From NCBI GenBank assembly GCA_963736645.1, contig CAVTPJ010000008.1, positions 653,325-717,324 on the forward strand: a DNA stretch of 64,000 nt, given 5' to 3'. Below, piece after piece: positions 17,702-26,775 of this stretch; the first letter of the stretch is position 1; the number at the start of each line of letters is the position of its first letter. The notes below the pieces were generated by a model, which made no database searches, was not told the DNA's origin, and saw only the letters and a program-made list of their open reading frames with translations. Source of the DNA: an uncultured Thermoleophilia bacterium. Lineage in GTDB: Bacteria; Actinomycetota; Thermoleophilia; UBA2241. A program made the position numbers and the translations under genes.

Positions 17702-18783
17702 GGCGTCCCATCCTCTATCGGGACGCGCGCGAGGTAGTCGGCGAACCCGCCGACCAGCGCGCGCGCCAGCCTCTCCACGTACTCCGGCCGCTGCGTCTGC
17801 GCTTCGTCGTCCGGGCAGGTCAGAAAGAGCGGCTCGACCACGAGGGCGATGCCGCGGGTCTCGCGCAGGACGCCGTAGTTGCGTCCGAAGCCGCCGAGCC
17901 ACGGTACGCCGGCGGCTTCCAGACGGGCGCCGATGTAGCCCGCCAGACGGCGTCCGTGCTCCGAGTAGTAGTGGCTGCGCTGGAAGAAGTAGCCGGCGCC
18001 CCCGCGGGCCGCCGGCGACGCGTCCTCATTGCAGTGCAGTGAGAGGAAGTAGGAGGAGCCGGCGGCGTTCGCCGCGTCGGCGCGGGCGTAGAGCGGCACG
18101 CGCTCGTCGGTCTCGCGCGTGAGGTGCACGCGGCAGCCCTCGGCGCGGAGCAGCTCCGCCAGCCGCCGGCCCAGGGCGAGCGTCACGTCTTTCTCCACGA
18201 CGCCGCCCGGCGAGACGCAGCCCAGGTCGTTGCCGCCGTGGCCGGGGTCGACCGTGACGGCCTGCCCGGTGAGGCCGCGGGCGGCGACGAAACCACGGTC
18301 GCGCTCGGGGATCTTCTTCCCCTCGCGCCCTGACTCGGCCTTGCGCACCGCCTCGAGCTTTCGGAGGGTGCTCTCGCCGACGATGCCGTCCACCGGGACG
18401 CCCGCGTTCTGCTGGAAGTCGAGGACGGCGCGTTCGACGTCCTCGTCGAGTACGCCGCGCTCGGCGCCGGCGTTGAAGCCCAGCAGGTTCAACTTGACCT
18501 GCAGTTGGAGGACGTCGTCGCCGCGGAACGGCGGCTCGCGAAGATAGAGCAGACGGTCGCCGAGCGTGTAGCCCGCTTCGACGATCTCGCGCCAGGTGTT
18601 GGCGCCGACGCGGCCGTCGGCAAGCAGCCCGCGCTCCTGCTGGAACGAGAGGACGGCGCCCTCCGTATGGGGACCGAAGAAGCCGTCCACGCCTTCCCGG
18701 CCTAGCTGGAAACCCTGCCCGCGCAGGCGGGTCTGGACGTCGAGGACTTCTTTGCCGCGGTCGCCGCGGGAGAGGTCACGCAC
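17698..18783 (-). CDS. N-acetylmuramoyl-L-alanine amidase with peptidoglycan-binding repeats
   Basis: Two PG_binding_1-like repeats N-terminal, then an Amidase_3 domain (VTVDPGHGGNDLG...LSLHCNE). Confidence 0.8.
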   Translation of the reverse strand: MRDLSRGDRGKEVLDVQTRLRGQGFQLGREGVDGFFGPHTEGAVLSFQQERGLLADGRVGANTWREIVEAGYTLGDRLLYLREPPFRGDDVLQLQVKLNLLGFNAGAERGVLDEDVERAVLDFQQNAGVPVDGIVGESTLRKLEAVRKAESGREGKKIPERDRGFVAARGLTGQAVTVDPGHGGNDLGCVSPGGVVEKDVTLALGRRLAELLRAEGCRVHLTRETDERVPLYARADAANAAGSSYFLSLHCNEDASPAARGGAGYFFQRSHYYSEHGRRLAGYIGARLEAAGVPWLGGFGRNYGVLRETRGIALVVEPLFLTCPDDEAQTQRPEYVERLARALVGGFADYLARVPIEDGTP

Positions 18784-18837
18784 CGGGGGCTCCTGGTCGA
18801 GTGGCCGTGGGCCGTTGGGCTCCCGATTCTATACGAG

Positions 18838-19686
18838 TCAGATGCCCATGCCCGAGCGCACGCCGGCCACGATCAGGACGATCATCCCTGCGCCGATCGC
18901 GAATCGGTAGATGACGAAGATGGTGAAGTCGTGCTTGCGCAGGTAGGCGAGCAGGAACCAGATCGCGGCGAACCCGCTGACCGCTGCGGCGACCATGCCG
19001 GCGAGGAACGGTCCTGCCGTGCCTGGGGGCAGCCCGTCGCGCGCGACCTCCAGGCCCTTGTACAGAGCGGCGCCGCCGACGATGGGGATGCTCATCAGGA
19101 AGGAGAAGCGCGCCGCCGCCTCGCGGGTGAGGCGCAGGAACAGGCCGGTGACCATGGTGACGCCCGAGCGGGAGACGCCCGGTGAGAGGGCGAGCGCCTG
19201 GGCGCCGCCGATCAGCAGGGCGTCCCTCCAGGACAGATCCTCCATCTCGCGCTCGTGGCGTGCGTACCGGTCGGCCGCCCACATCACGCCGCCGAAGCCG
19301 ATCATGAGCATCGCCAGCATCCAGGGCTTGCCGAGGACCTCGACGATGACGTCCTCGAAGAGCACCCCGACGATGGCCGCGGGGACCATGCTGACGATGA
19401 TGAGCCAGGCGAGCTTGCCGTCCGTCGAGTCGAGGCGGCGATTCGCGATGGTGCGCGCCCAGGCCGCGAGGAGCCTTCCGATGTCGCGCCAGAAGTACAC
19501 GACCAGCGAGATGAACGTGCCGAAGTGCAGCGCCACGTCGAACGTCTTGTTGAGGTCCGGGTTCTCGAGGAGGAAGTGCCAGTTGAACAGCCAGGGGACG
19601 ATGAGCAGGTGGCCCGAGCTGGAGATGGGCAGGAACTCGGTGAGGCCCTGCACGATGCCGAGGATGATGGCCTGCACGATCGTCAT
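18838..19686 (-). CDS. uppP: undecaprenyl-diphosphate phosphatase
   Basis: 282-aa polytopic membrane protein with BacA/UppP motifs (GLTEFLPISSSGHL, SRSG). Confidence 0.9.
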   Translation of the reverse strand: MTIVQAIILGIVQGLTEFLPISSSGHLLIVPWLFNWHFLLENPDLNKTFDVALHFGTFISLVVYFWRDIGRLLAAWARTIANRRLDSTDGKLAWLIIVSMVPAAIVGVLFEDVIVEVLGKPWMLAMLMIGFGGVMWAADRYARHEREMEDLSWRDALLIGGAQALALSPGVSRSGVTMVTGLFLRLTREAAARFSFLMSIPIVGGAALYKGLEVARDGLPPGTAGPFLAGMVAAAVSGFAAIWFLLAYLRKHDFTIFVIYRFAIGAGMIVLIVAGVRSGMGI

Positions 19687-19811
19687 GAGACTCCTTGCCT
19701 TGTGCCGCGGTCGTCGGGGCGCTGCCGCAGGGGAGTTTAGCGCACGGTATACCTGTGTGGTGACCGCAGGCGACCGCGGACGGCGATCCGCGCGGGTGAG
19801 GTGATGGTGTC

Positions 19812-20228
19812 ATGGCGAGAAGCAAGCCGGTGACCGTGAGCTGGAAGCACGAAGGATTGCTCTTCGAGGCGGCGACCGCCCACGGGAGCGTAGACCTCGC
19901 GTCCGGCCTCGACGAGCCGGGGAGCGGAGTGACGCCGATGGAGATGCTGGCCGCTTCGCTGGGTGCGTGTACGGCCATGGACGTGGCCTCGATCCTCGTC
20001 AAGATGCGCCAACCGCTCGAAGGCTTCCGCGTCGAGGTCAGCGGTGAGCGGGCGGAGGAGCACCCCAAGCGGTTCACCTCACTCGAGATCGTCTACCACC
20101 TCAAGGGCGACCTGGACGAACGCAAGGTGGAGCGCGCCATCGCGCTCTCCGAGGAGCGCTACTGCTCCGTCGAGGCGACGCTGCGTCCGGCGCTGCCCAT
20201 CACCTCGGCCTACGTGATCGACCGCTGA
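19812..20228 (+). CDS. OsmC/Ohr family peroxiredoxin-like protein
   Basis: 138 aa, OsmC fold with the paired-Cys motif region (LAASLGACTAMD, RYCSV). Confidence 0.75.
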   Translation: MARSKPVTVSWKHEGLLFEAATAHGSVDLASGLDEPGSGVTPMEMLAASLGACTAMDVASILVKMRQPLEGFRVEVSGERAEEHPKRFTSLEIVYHLKGDLDERKVERAIALSEERYCSVEATLRPALPITSAYVIDR

Positions 20229-20315
20229 CAGGGCTTCGCACTACACGCACCGTGTTTACAGGAGATGAGCCCGACGATACTATCAGGCGGATGACTCCGG
20301 CAGAGGGGAAGGTGC

Positions 20316-21017
20316 GTGGACCGCGATCACGAGCTGTCGGCCGTTCTTGCCGACGACACCCGTTACCACGTCTACCGGTGGGTCGCCGGGCAGCCTGGCA
20401 CTGACGTCACGGTGGCCGACGTCGCCGGGGAGTTCGGCCTCCACCCCAACGTCGCCCGCATGCACCTCGCCAAGCTCGAGCAGGCGGGCTTCCTGACCAC
20501 CGGCTTCCGGCGCGCGGCCACCGGTGGGCGACCGGCGAAACTGTATCGTCTGAGCGAAATGGTGGTCACCTTCGGGTTCCCGCCGCGCCGCTACGAGCTT
20601 CTCTCGCGCCTCGCCCTCGACGCGCTCGCGGCCGGCGGCACGCGCGACGACGCGCTGCGCGTGTGCCTCGAGGCTGGGGCCGCCGAGGGGCGCCGGTCGC
20701 TCGCCGGGGACGCCGCCCCGAGCGATCGGACCGCCGCGGCGTCCCTGGTCGCGGCGATCGCGGAGGAGCAGGGCCTGATGCCCGAGATCGAGTGGGTGGA
20801 CGGCTCGCTCAGCGTGATCGTCAACAACTGCAGCTTCCGCGAGCTCTCCGGCGCCGACCCGGACCTCGTGTGCGCGATGCATCGCGCCTTCCTCGAGGGC
20901 GTGCTCCAGGTGGCCACCTCAGGCCTCGGTCGCCTGCGGATCGAGCCCGGCGACTGCCGGATCAGCTGTGGCGACGAGCGCTGCGAGATGCTGTGCTCGT
21001 TTGCGCCGGGCGGGTGA
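20316..21017 (+). CDS. helix-turn-helix transcriptional regulator with Cys-rich C-terminal domain
   Basis: N-terminal wHTH (VADVAGEFGLHPNVARMHLAKLEQAGFL); C-terminal CxxC-containing domain; GTG start with RBS GAGGGGAAGG. Confidence 0.55.
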   Translation: MDRDHELSAVLADDTRYHVYRWVAGQPGTDVTVADVAGEFGLHPNVARMHLAKLEQAGFLTTGFRRAATGGRPAKLYRLSEMVVTFGFPPRRYELLSRLALDALAAGGTRDDALRVCLEAGAAEGRRSLAGDAAPSDRTAAASLVAAIAEEQGLMPEIEWVDGSLSVIVNNCSFRELSGADPDLVCAMHRAFLEGVLQVATSGLGRLRIEPGDCRISCGDERCEMLCSFAPGG

Positions 21018-21432
21018 GAGAACCGCCCCGCGCGGTGATACTGTACGGGCGCACCTGAACCGCAGGGAGGACGTCCTGACCATCGACGAAGCCATCCGTG
21101 ACCTTCTCGACGTGTCCACCGACATCACGTCTGTGGTCGTCGTCGACGCACACGGCGACGTCGTGGCCGCCGGACCCGGCGCCGCCGGGACAGACGCCTC
21201 CGCCGCGATCGAGCGACTGTGGGATGCCGCGAGCCGGCGCGCCTCGCAGCTGGGCGAAGCCGGCCTCGAGCACCTCGTCGTTCCGGTGGCCGGCGGCACG
21301 GTGGCCGTCGTCGCGGCTCACGGTCGTCGCGCCGCGGCGGTCGCCGGTCCCCGGCCCGCCGTGGCTCTGCTGCTGTTCGACCTGCGCACGTGTCTGGACG
21401 ACGCCTTCGCCGCGGAAGAAGGTCGGCGATGA
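20968..21432 (+). CDS. roadblock/LC7 domain protein (start uncertain)
   Basis: C-terminal 115 aa resemble the roadblock/LC7 fold (ITSVVVVDAHGDVVAAG..GGTVAVVAA); the only ATG is at 20968 (overlapping the regulator); an RBS GGGAGG at 21065 suggests a later non-ATG start near 21076. Confidence 0.4.
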   Translation: MATSAARCCARLRRAGERTAPRGDTVRAHLNRREDVLTIDEAIRDLLDVSTDITSVVVVDAHGDVVAAGPGAAGTDASAAIERLWDAASRRASQLGEAGLEHLVVPVAGGTVAVVAAHGRRAAAVAGPRPAVALLLFDLRTCLDDAFAAEEGRR

Positions 21433-21644
21433 GCGCCCGGCGCGCGGCTCTGCTGGCGGCCGTCGCCGGCGCCGTCGCAGGTCTGGTCTGGTGGCGCCGG
21501 CGGTCTGCCGCGCCGCCGCAGCCGACCGTGCAGATCGCCCTGGCCGACGGGACCGCGTGCGCGCTCGACCCGGCAGACCCCTCGCGCGCGCAGCTCGAGG
21601 CGCTCGCCGCCGGCGTTCGCGACTCGCTCACCGGAGGGACCTGA
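21429..21644 (+). CDS. small membrane-anchored hypothetical protein
   Basis: 71-aa ORF with one TM helix (LLAAVAGAVAGLVWW); ATGA overlap with upstream and downstream genes. Confidence 0.35.
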   Translation: MSARRAALLAAVAGAVAGLVWWRRRSAAPPQPTVQIALADGTACALDPADPSRAQLEALAAGVRDSLTGGT

Positions 21645-23044
21645 TGGACGTCGCATCCTTTGACACCGGCCTGCTGCACGCGACCATCACCAGGGCGCTG
21701 CGCCGGGGCGGCGACTTCGCCGAGGTCTTCGTGGAGGATCGTGAGAGCCTCGGGCTGCGCCTCGAGGACGGACGCATCGAGCAGACCAGCGGCGGCCGCG
21801 AAGTCGGCGCCGCCGTGCGCCTTCTCTCCGGCGAGCGCACCTTCTACGCCTACAGCGACGCCGTCGACGAGGCCGGCCTCACCGCGGCCGCCGACGCCGT
21901 CGCCGCGGCGGTGACCGCCGGGGCGGCAGGTCCGGGGGTGGTCGATCTCGGGGCAGTCCGCTCCGATCCCGGCAGGCACCCCGTCCTGACGCCGCCGGAA
22001 GACGTCGCCATCGCCCGCAAGGCTGCGCTCGTACGTGCCGGAGACGAGGCCGCCCGGGCGGCCTCGTCGGAGATCGTGCAAGCGATCGTCGGGTACGGCG
22101 ACACGCGGCAGCGCGTGCTGATCGGCAACTCGCTCGGCGACCTCGTCCTGGACGACCGCACGCGCACCCGCTTCACCACGCAGGTCGTCGCCCGTCGCGG
22201 CGAGGTCATCCAGACCGGCCACGAGACAGTCGGCGGCAGCGCAGGGTTCGAGCTGGTCGACGAAGACGTCGCCCGCGCGGTCGCACGGACCGCCGCCGAG
22301 AAGGCGCGCATCATGCTGGACAGCAAGCCCGCTCCGGTCGGTGCCATGCCGGTCGTCCTCGCCAACGGATTCGGCGGCACCCTGTTCCACGAGGCATGCG
22401 GCCACGGCCTCGAGGCCGACGCGATCGCGAAGGGCGCCAGTATCTACGACGGCAAGATGGGCGAGGTGGTGGCTGCGTCGATCGTGAGCGCCTACGACGA
22501 AGGATCCATCACCAACGGCTGGGGCTCCCAGGCGTTCGACGACGAGGGCGTGCCCACGCAGAAGACGCTGGTCATCGAGGAGGGCAGGCTCACCGGCTAC
22601 CTCTACGACCGCCTGCGCGCGCGCGAGGCGGGCGCCGCCCCCACGGGCAACGGGCGGCGCCAGTCGTTCCGCCACGTGCCGATCCCGCGCATGACCACCA
22701 CCTATATCGCGCCGGGCGACATGGACCCGGATGAGATCATCGCCGCGACGCCCAAGGGCTTCTATGCCAAGAGCCTGGCCGGCGGGCAGGTCGAGCCTGC
22801 CAGCGGCAACTTCGTGTTCGGCGTCGCCGAGGGCTACCTCATCGAGGACGGCAAGATCACGACGCCGCTGCGCGGGGCCACGCTCGTCGGCAACGGCATC
22901 GACATCCTCATGAAGATCGACATGATCGCCGGCGACTTCGACGTGAAGACCGGCATCTGCGGCAAAGACGGCCAGGGCGTGCCGGTCGGCACCGGTCAGG
23001 CCACGCTGCGCATCGCGGAGATGACGGTGGGAGGGACGGGCTGA
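21644..23044 (+). CDS. tldD: metalloprotease TldD
   Basis: 466 aa, TldD/PmbA family with HEACGH motif; ATGA overlap upstream. Confidence 0.85.
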   Translation: MDVASFDTGLLHATITRALRRGGDFAEVFVEDRESLGLRLEDGRIEQTSGGREVGAAVRLLSGERTFYAYSDAVDEAGLTAAADAVAAAVTAGAAGPGVVDLGAVRSDPGRHPVLTPPEDVAIARKAALVRAGDEAARAASSEIVQAIVGYGDTRQRVLIGNSLGDLVLDDRTRTRFTTQVVARRGEVIQTGHETVGGSAGFELVDEDVARAVARTAAEKARIMLDSKPAPVGAMPVVLANGFGGTLFHEACGHGLEADAIAKGASIYDGKMGEVVAASIVSAYDEGSITNGWGSQAFDDEGVPTQKTLVIEEGRLTGYLYDRLRAREAGAAPTGNGRRQSFRHVPIPRMTTTYIAPGDMDPDEIIAATPKGFYAKSLAGGQVEPASGNFVFGVAEGYLIEDGKITTPLRGATLVGNGIDILMKIDMIAGDFDVKTGICGKDGQGVPVGTGQATLRIAEMTVGGTG

Positions 23045-24384
23045 TGTTCGACGTGATCGACGCCGTGCTGGAGCGCGCCGTGTCGCGCGGCGCTGCGGAC
23101 GTGGAAGTCTACGGCGAGCGGTCCACCTCGCACCGCATCAAGGTGTACCGCCAGGAGGTCGAGCAGCTCACGGCCGCGCAGAGACGTGGTGTGGGCGTGC
23201 GCGTGTTCTCGCGCGGCGCGGTGGGCCATGCCTACACGTCTGATCTGAGCGACGACGCCCTCGACGACCTCGTGCGGCGCGCCGTCGACAACGCCGCCGT
23301 CAGCGACCCGGATGAGTTCGCCCTTCTGCCGACGCCCGCGGGCGAGCCGGCCGACGTGCACCCCTTCGACCCGCGGCTCGTCGCCGCGACTGACGAGCAG
23401 CGCATCGCCGTCGCCCTCGAGGTCGAGGCGACGGCCCTCGCCGCCGACCCCCGCGTCAAGACCGTCGAGGACACGATGTACGTGGACGGCGACGGCGAGG
23501 TCTTCATCGCCAGCACGGCGGGTGTGCGCGGCACGTACCGCGCCGGCCAGTGCTACGCGTTCGCCTACGTCCTCGCCGAGCAGGACGGCCAGGTCGAGAC
23601 CGGCTACTCCTACAGCGTCGGCCGTGCGCTCGAGGAGCTCGACCCTGCCGGCGTCGGGACGGAGGCGACCGGGCGGGCGACACGGCTCCTCGGCGCCACG
23701 AAATGCCCGTCGATGAAGGCGCCGGTGATCCTCGACCCGTTCGTCTCGGCGGCGTTCTTCGGCGTGCTCAGCTCGGCGCTCACCGCCGACGCGGTGCAGA
23801 AGAACCGGTCGCTGTTCGCCGGCCGTGAGGGCGAGCGTGTGGCCGGCGAGCTCCTGGAGCTCGTCGACGACGGCACGCTCGCCGACGGGCTCGAGAGCGC
23901 CCCGTTCGACGGCGAAGGTGTGCCCTCGGGGCGCACGCCGCTCATCACGGGCGGCGTGCTGCAGGGCTTCCTCTACGACACCTACACGGCTCGCAAGGCC
24001 GGCCGCGACAGCACCGGGAACGGCCTGCGCGGCGGGTACTCGGGCCTGCCCGGCGTGCGCCCGACGAACCTCGTGGTCGCCGGACCGTCGACGCCGCTCG
24101 CGGAGATCGTCGCCGGCACCGAGCGCGGCGTCCTCGTCACCGACGCGGTCGGCATCCACTCCGGCGCCAACCCCATCTCGGGCGAGTTCTCGGTGGGCAT
24201 CAGCGGCGTGCTGATCGAGGGCGGCGAGTTCACCGTCCCGGTGCGGGAGGTCACGCTCGCCGGCGACATCGTCGGCATGCTGACCGGCATCCGTGCGCTC
24301 GGCGACGACGCCCGCTGGGTGCCCGGAGGCAGCGTCCTCACGCCGTCCGTGGTCATCGACGAGATGGCCGTCGGCGGCACCTGA
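23044..24384 (+). CDS. pmbA: metalloprotease PmbA/TldE
   Basis: 446-aa TldD/PmbA-family paralog immediately downstream, overlapping tldD by 1 nt. Confidence 0.85.
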   Translation: MFDVIDAVLERAVSRGAADVEVYGERSTSHRIKVYRQEVEQLTAAQRRGVGVRVFSRGAVGHAYTSDLSDDALDDLVRRAVDNAAVSDPDEFALLPTPAGEPADVHPFDPRLVAATDEQRIAVALEVEATALAADPRVKTVEDTMYVDGDGEVFIASTAGVRGTYRAGQCYAFAYVLAEQDGQVETGYSYSVGRALEELDPAGVGTEATGRATRLLGATKCPSMKAPVILDPFVSAAFFGVLSSALTADAVQKNRSLFAGREGERVAGELLELVDDGTLADGLESAPFDGEGVPSGRTPLITGGVLQGFLYDTYTARKAGRDSTGNGLRGGYSGLPGVRPTNLVVAGPSTPLAEIVAGTERGVLVTDAVGIHSGANPISGEFSVGISGVLIEGGEFTVPVREVTLAGDIVGMLTGIRALGDDARWVPGGSVLTPSVVIDEMAVGGT

Positions 24385-24530
24385 TCGACCAGCGTGGCCG
24401 GATCGACCGGCGGTGCGCCGCAGGCACACCGACCATCGACCGACGCAGCCGGGGTCAAGTGGGGGTGCGCCGCAGGCACAGCCGCTATACAGTCTCGCCA
24501 GGGCCTCGCGCCCGCCAGTCTCGGACCACG

Positions 24531-25127
24531 ATGGAAGGAAGCCCGGTGAACAGCCACCGTAGTCAAGCCATCGAGCATGGCGCCGGAGGGGCACCGCTCC
24601 GCGATCTCGGTCAGCGCCTGCTCGACGCCAGCTACCTCGAGGGCGACTTCGTCCTCCGTTCCGGCCGCCGCAGCACGTTCTACCTCGACAAGTATCTCTT
24701 CTCGACGCGGCCGGACCTCCTGCGCGACATCGCTGCAGGGCTCGCGGACAAGCTGCCGGCCTACGAACCTTTCGACCTGCTCGCCGGTCCCGAACTCGGG
24801 GCCGTCGCGATCGTGGCCGCCGTCTCGCTCGCGTGCGGCAAGCCGTTCGTGATCGTCCGCAAGGGCGCCAAGGGCTACGGCACCGACAAGGCCATGGAGG
24901 GCAAGGCCGAGCCCGGCCAGAAGGTCGTCATGGTGGAGGACGTGGTGACGTCCGGCGGCGCCGCGCTCATGGCCGCCGACAAGCTGCGCGAGGCGGGCCT
25001 CAAGGTCTCCACGCTGCTCTGCGTCGTGGACAGGGAAGAGGGCGGTCGCGAGCAGATCGAGGCCAAGGGTCTCGCGTTCGACCCGCTCTTCACGCTCACG
25101 TCGCTGGGTGTCAAGAGGCCGGGGTAA
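24531..25127 (+). CDS. pyrE: orotate phosphoribosyltransferase
   Basis: PRTase motif (VVMVEDVVTSGGA) and PyrE length (198 aa) from ATG 24531. Confidence 0.8.
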   Translation: MEGSPVNSHRSQAIEHGAGGAPLRDLGQRLLDASYLEGDFVLRSGRRSTFYLDKYLFSTRPDLLRDIAAGLADKLPAYEPFDLLAGPELGAVAIVAAVSLACGKPFVIVRKGAKGYGTDKAMEGKAEPGQKVVMVEDVVTSGGAALMAADKLREAGLKVSTLLCVVDREEGGREQIEAKGLAFDPLFTLTSLGVKRPG

Positions 25128-25163
25128 CGCGCACGGGGCGCCCGCCGGGGAGGCCCGGCGGTC

Positions 25164-26636
25164 TCAGACGACGACGCGCAGCGACCGCAGGGCTCGGTCC
25201 TCGGGACCGTGCACCTTGAGCCCGGTCGCCGCCGCCTCCTGAAGGTAGGCGACGATCTCGCCGGAGACCTCCTCGCCGGGCCCGAGCACCGGGATGCCCG
25301 GCGGGTACGGCGTCACCATCTCGGCGCTCACGCGGCCGGCGCACTCGGTGAGCGGCAGGGCGACGGCCGGCGCGAAGAAGGCCTCCCGCGGGGAGAGGAC
25401 CTGCCGCGTGAAGGGCGGCGTGTGGGCGAGGAGGCCGGAGGGCGCGGCGGAGCCGCCGCCGCCGGCCTCCCGGTACCGCGCCGCCAGGTCGCGCAGCGAC
25501 CGCACCAGCAGCTCGAGGTCCTCGCGGCTGTCGCCGTAGGTCACGTTGAGCACCACGTTGAGCGGATCGGCCGCCTCGACGGCGATGCGGTAGTCGTCGC
25601 GCAGTACGGTCTCGAGCTCGTAGCCGGAGAGTCCCAGGTCGCAGGCGGAGATGGTGAGCCGCGTGGGGTCGAACGCGGTGACGCCGTCGCGGCCGAGCAG
25701 CTCGGCGCCCAGGCAGCGCAGGCCGGGGAGCGTGACGATCTGGTCGCGCGCCCACTCCGCCAGCTCGATGGCCCCGCGCCAGAGCTCGGCGCCGTGGACG
25801 GCCATCTGTGCCCGCGCCGCGTCGATGCTCACGTACATGAGCACCTGCGGGCTCGTGCTCTGCGTGAGGTGGACCATGCCGTCGAGGCGAGCGAGGTTGA
25901 TCCGCTCGCCCTTGGCCATGAGGACCGACGACTGCGTGAGGCCGCTGATGAGCTTGTGCGTGCTGACGACCGCGGCGTCTGCCCCAGCGCTCATGGCGTC
26001 CATGGGGAGCTCGGGGCAGAAGCGCAGGTGCGGGCCCCACGCCTGGTCGGTGACGAACGGGACGCCGGCGGCGTGGGCGAGCGTGGCGATCGCCGGGAGG
26101 TCGGCGCCGAGGCCGTTGTAGGTCGGCGACGTGACGAAGAGCGCGCGTGCGTCGGGAGCCCGCTCCAGGGCGGCGAGGGCGTCGGCGGCGCGCACATTGA
26201 GAGGGATGCCCCACAGTGGGTCGATCGCCGGCTCCATGTACAGCGGCATCGCCCCCGAGAAGATCAGCCCGGCGAGCATGGACTTGTGCGCGTTGCGCGG
26301 CACGATCACGGCATCGCCCGGCGAGCACAGGGCGAGGACGAGTGCGTGGATACCGCTGGTGGAGCCGTTGACGAGGAACCACGTGCGCTCGGCGCCCCAG
26401 GCCTCGGCGGCGTAGTCTTCGGCGAGGCGGATGAGGTGCGTGGACTCACGCGTGTCCTCCACGCCGCCGGCCATGGCGAGGTCGACCGAGAGCCCGGTGT
26501 CCCCCATGAACTCGCGCATGCTCGCAGGGGCGCCTTTGCCGAGCTTGTGCCCCGGAGTGTGGAAGGGCGTGTAGCCGGTCGCACGGTAGCGGAGCGCGGC
26601 ATCGAGGTAGGGCGTCTCTCTCTGGTCGAACGGCAC
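25164..26636 (-). CDS. Orn/Lys/Arg decarboxylase family (PLP-dependent)
   Basis: OKR_DC_1 family motifs (STHKLISGLTQSS PLP-Lys region); start GTG 26636 preceded by RBS GGAGGA; the track ORF upstream extension is rejected. Confidence 0.75.
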   Translation of the reverse strand: MPFDQRETPYLDAALRYRATGYTPFHTPGHKLGKGAPASMREFMGDTGLSVDLAMAGGVEDTRESTHLIRLAEDYAAEAWGAERTWFLVNGSTSGIHALVLALCSPGDAVIVPRNAHKSMLAGLIFSGAMPLYMEPAIDPLWGIPLNVRAADALAALERAPDARALFVTSPTYNGLGADLPAIATLAHAAGVPFVTDQAWGPHLRFCPELPMDAMSAGADAAVVSTHKLISGLTQSSVLMAKGERINLARLDGMVHLTQSTSPQVLMYVSIDAARAQMAVHGAELWRGAIELAEWARDQIVTLPGLRCLGAELLGRDGVTAFDPTRLTISACDLGLSGYELETVLRDDYRIAVEAADPLNVVLNVTYGDSREDLELLVRSLRDLAARYREAGGGGSAAPSGLLAHTPPFTRQVLSPREAFFAPAVALPLTECAGRVSAEMVTPYPPGIPVLGPGEEVSGEIVAYLQEAAATGLKVHGPEDRALRSLRVVV

Positions 26637-26775
26637 TCGCTCCTCCGATGGCTCTGGCGGGCCGGGTAGTCCGCTTGGTGGCGCCCGCAAGCATACCAAG
26701 CCGGAGTGATAGACTCGACCTGTTTGCAGGGGAAACGACGACGTTCGAGGAGCCACGATAACCCTCGACCCCACA

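Noticed and set aside
16841-17902. N-terminal 67-aa extension of the pylSc ORF and the 14965..16017 extension of the radical SAM ORF
   Set aside because: The extensions are Arg/Pro-rich and low-complexity. The pylSc extension overlaps the amidase coding region, and homologous PylSc proteins start at the position of the internal GTG, which is also the site of the GTGA stop/start overlap.
26637-26775. T-box leader upstream of gltX, and a Moco/Tuco riboswitch upstream of aor (6579..6824)
   Set aside because: Both intergenic regions are too short (about 140 and 245 nt, much of it promoter). They lack a recognisable specifier/T-box motif (AATTAGGGTGGTACCGCG-like) or the Moco riboswitch core, so no call is made.
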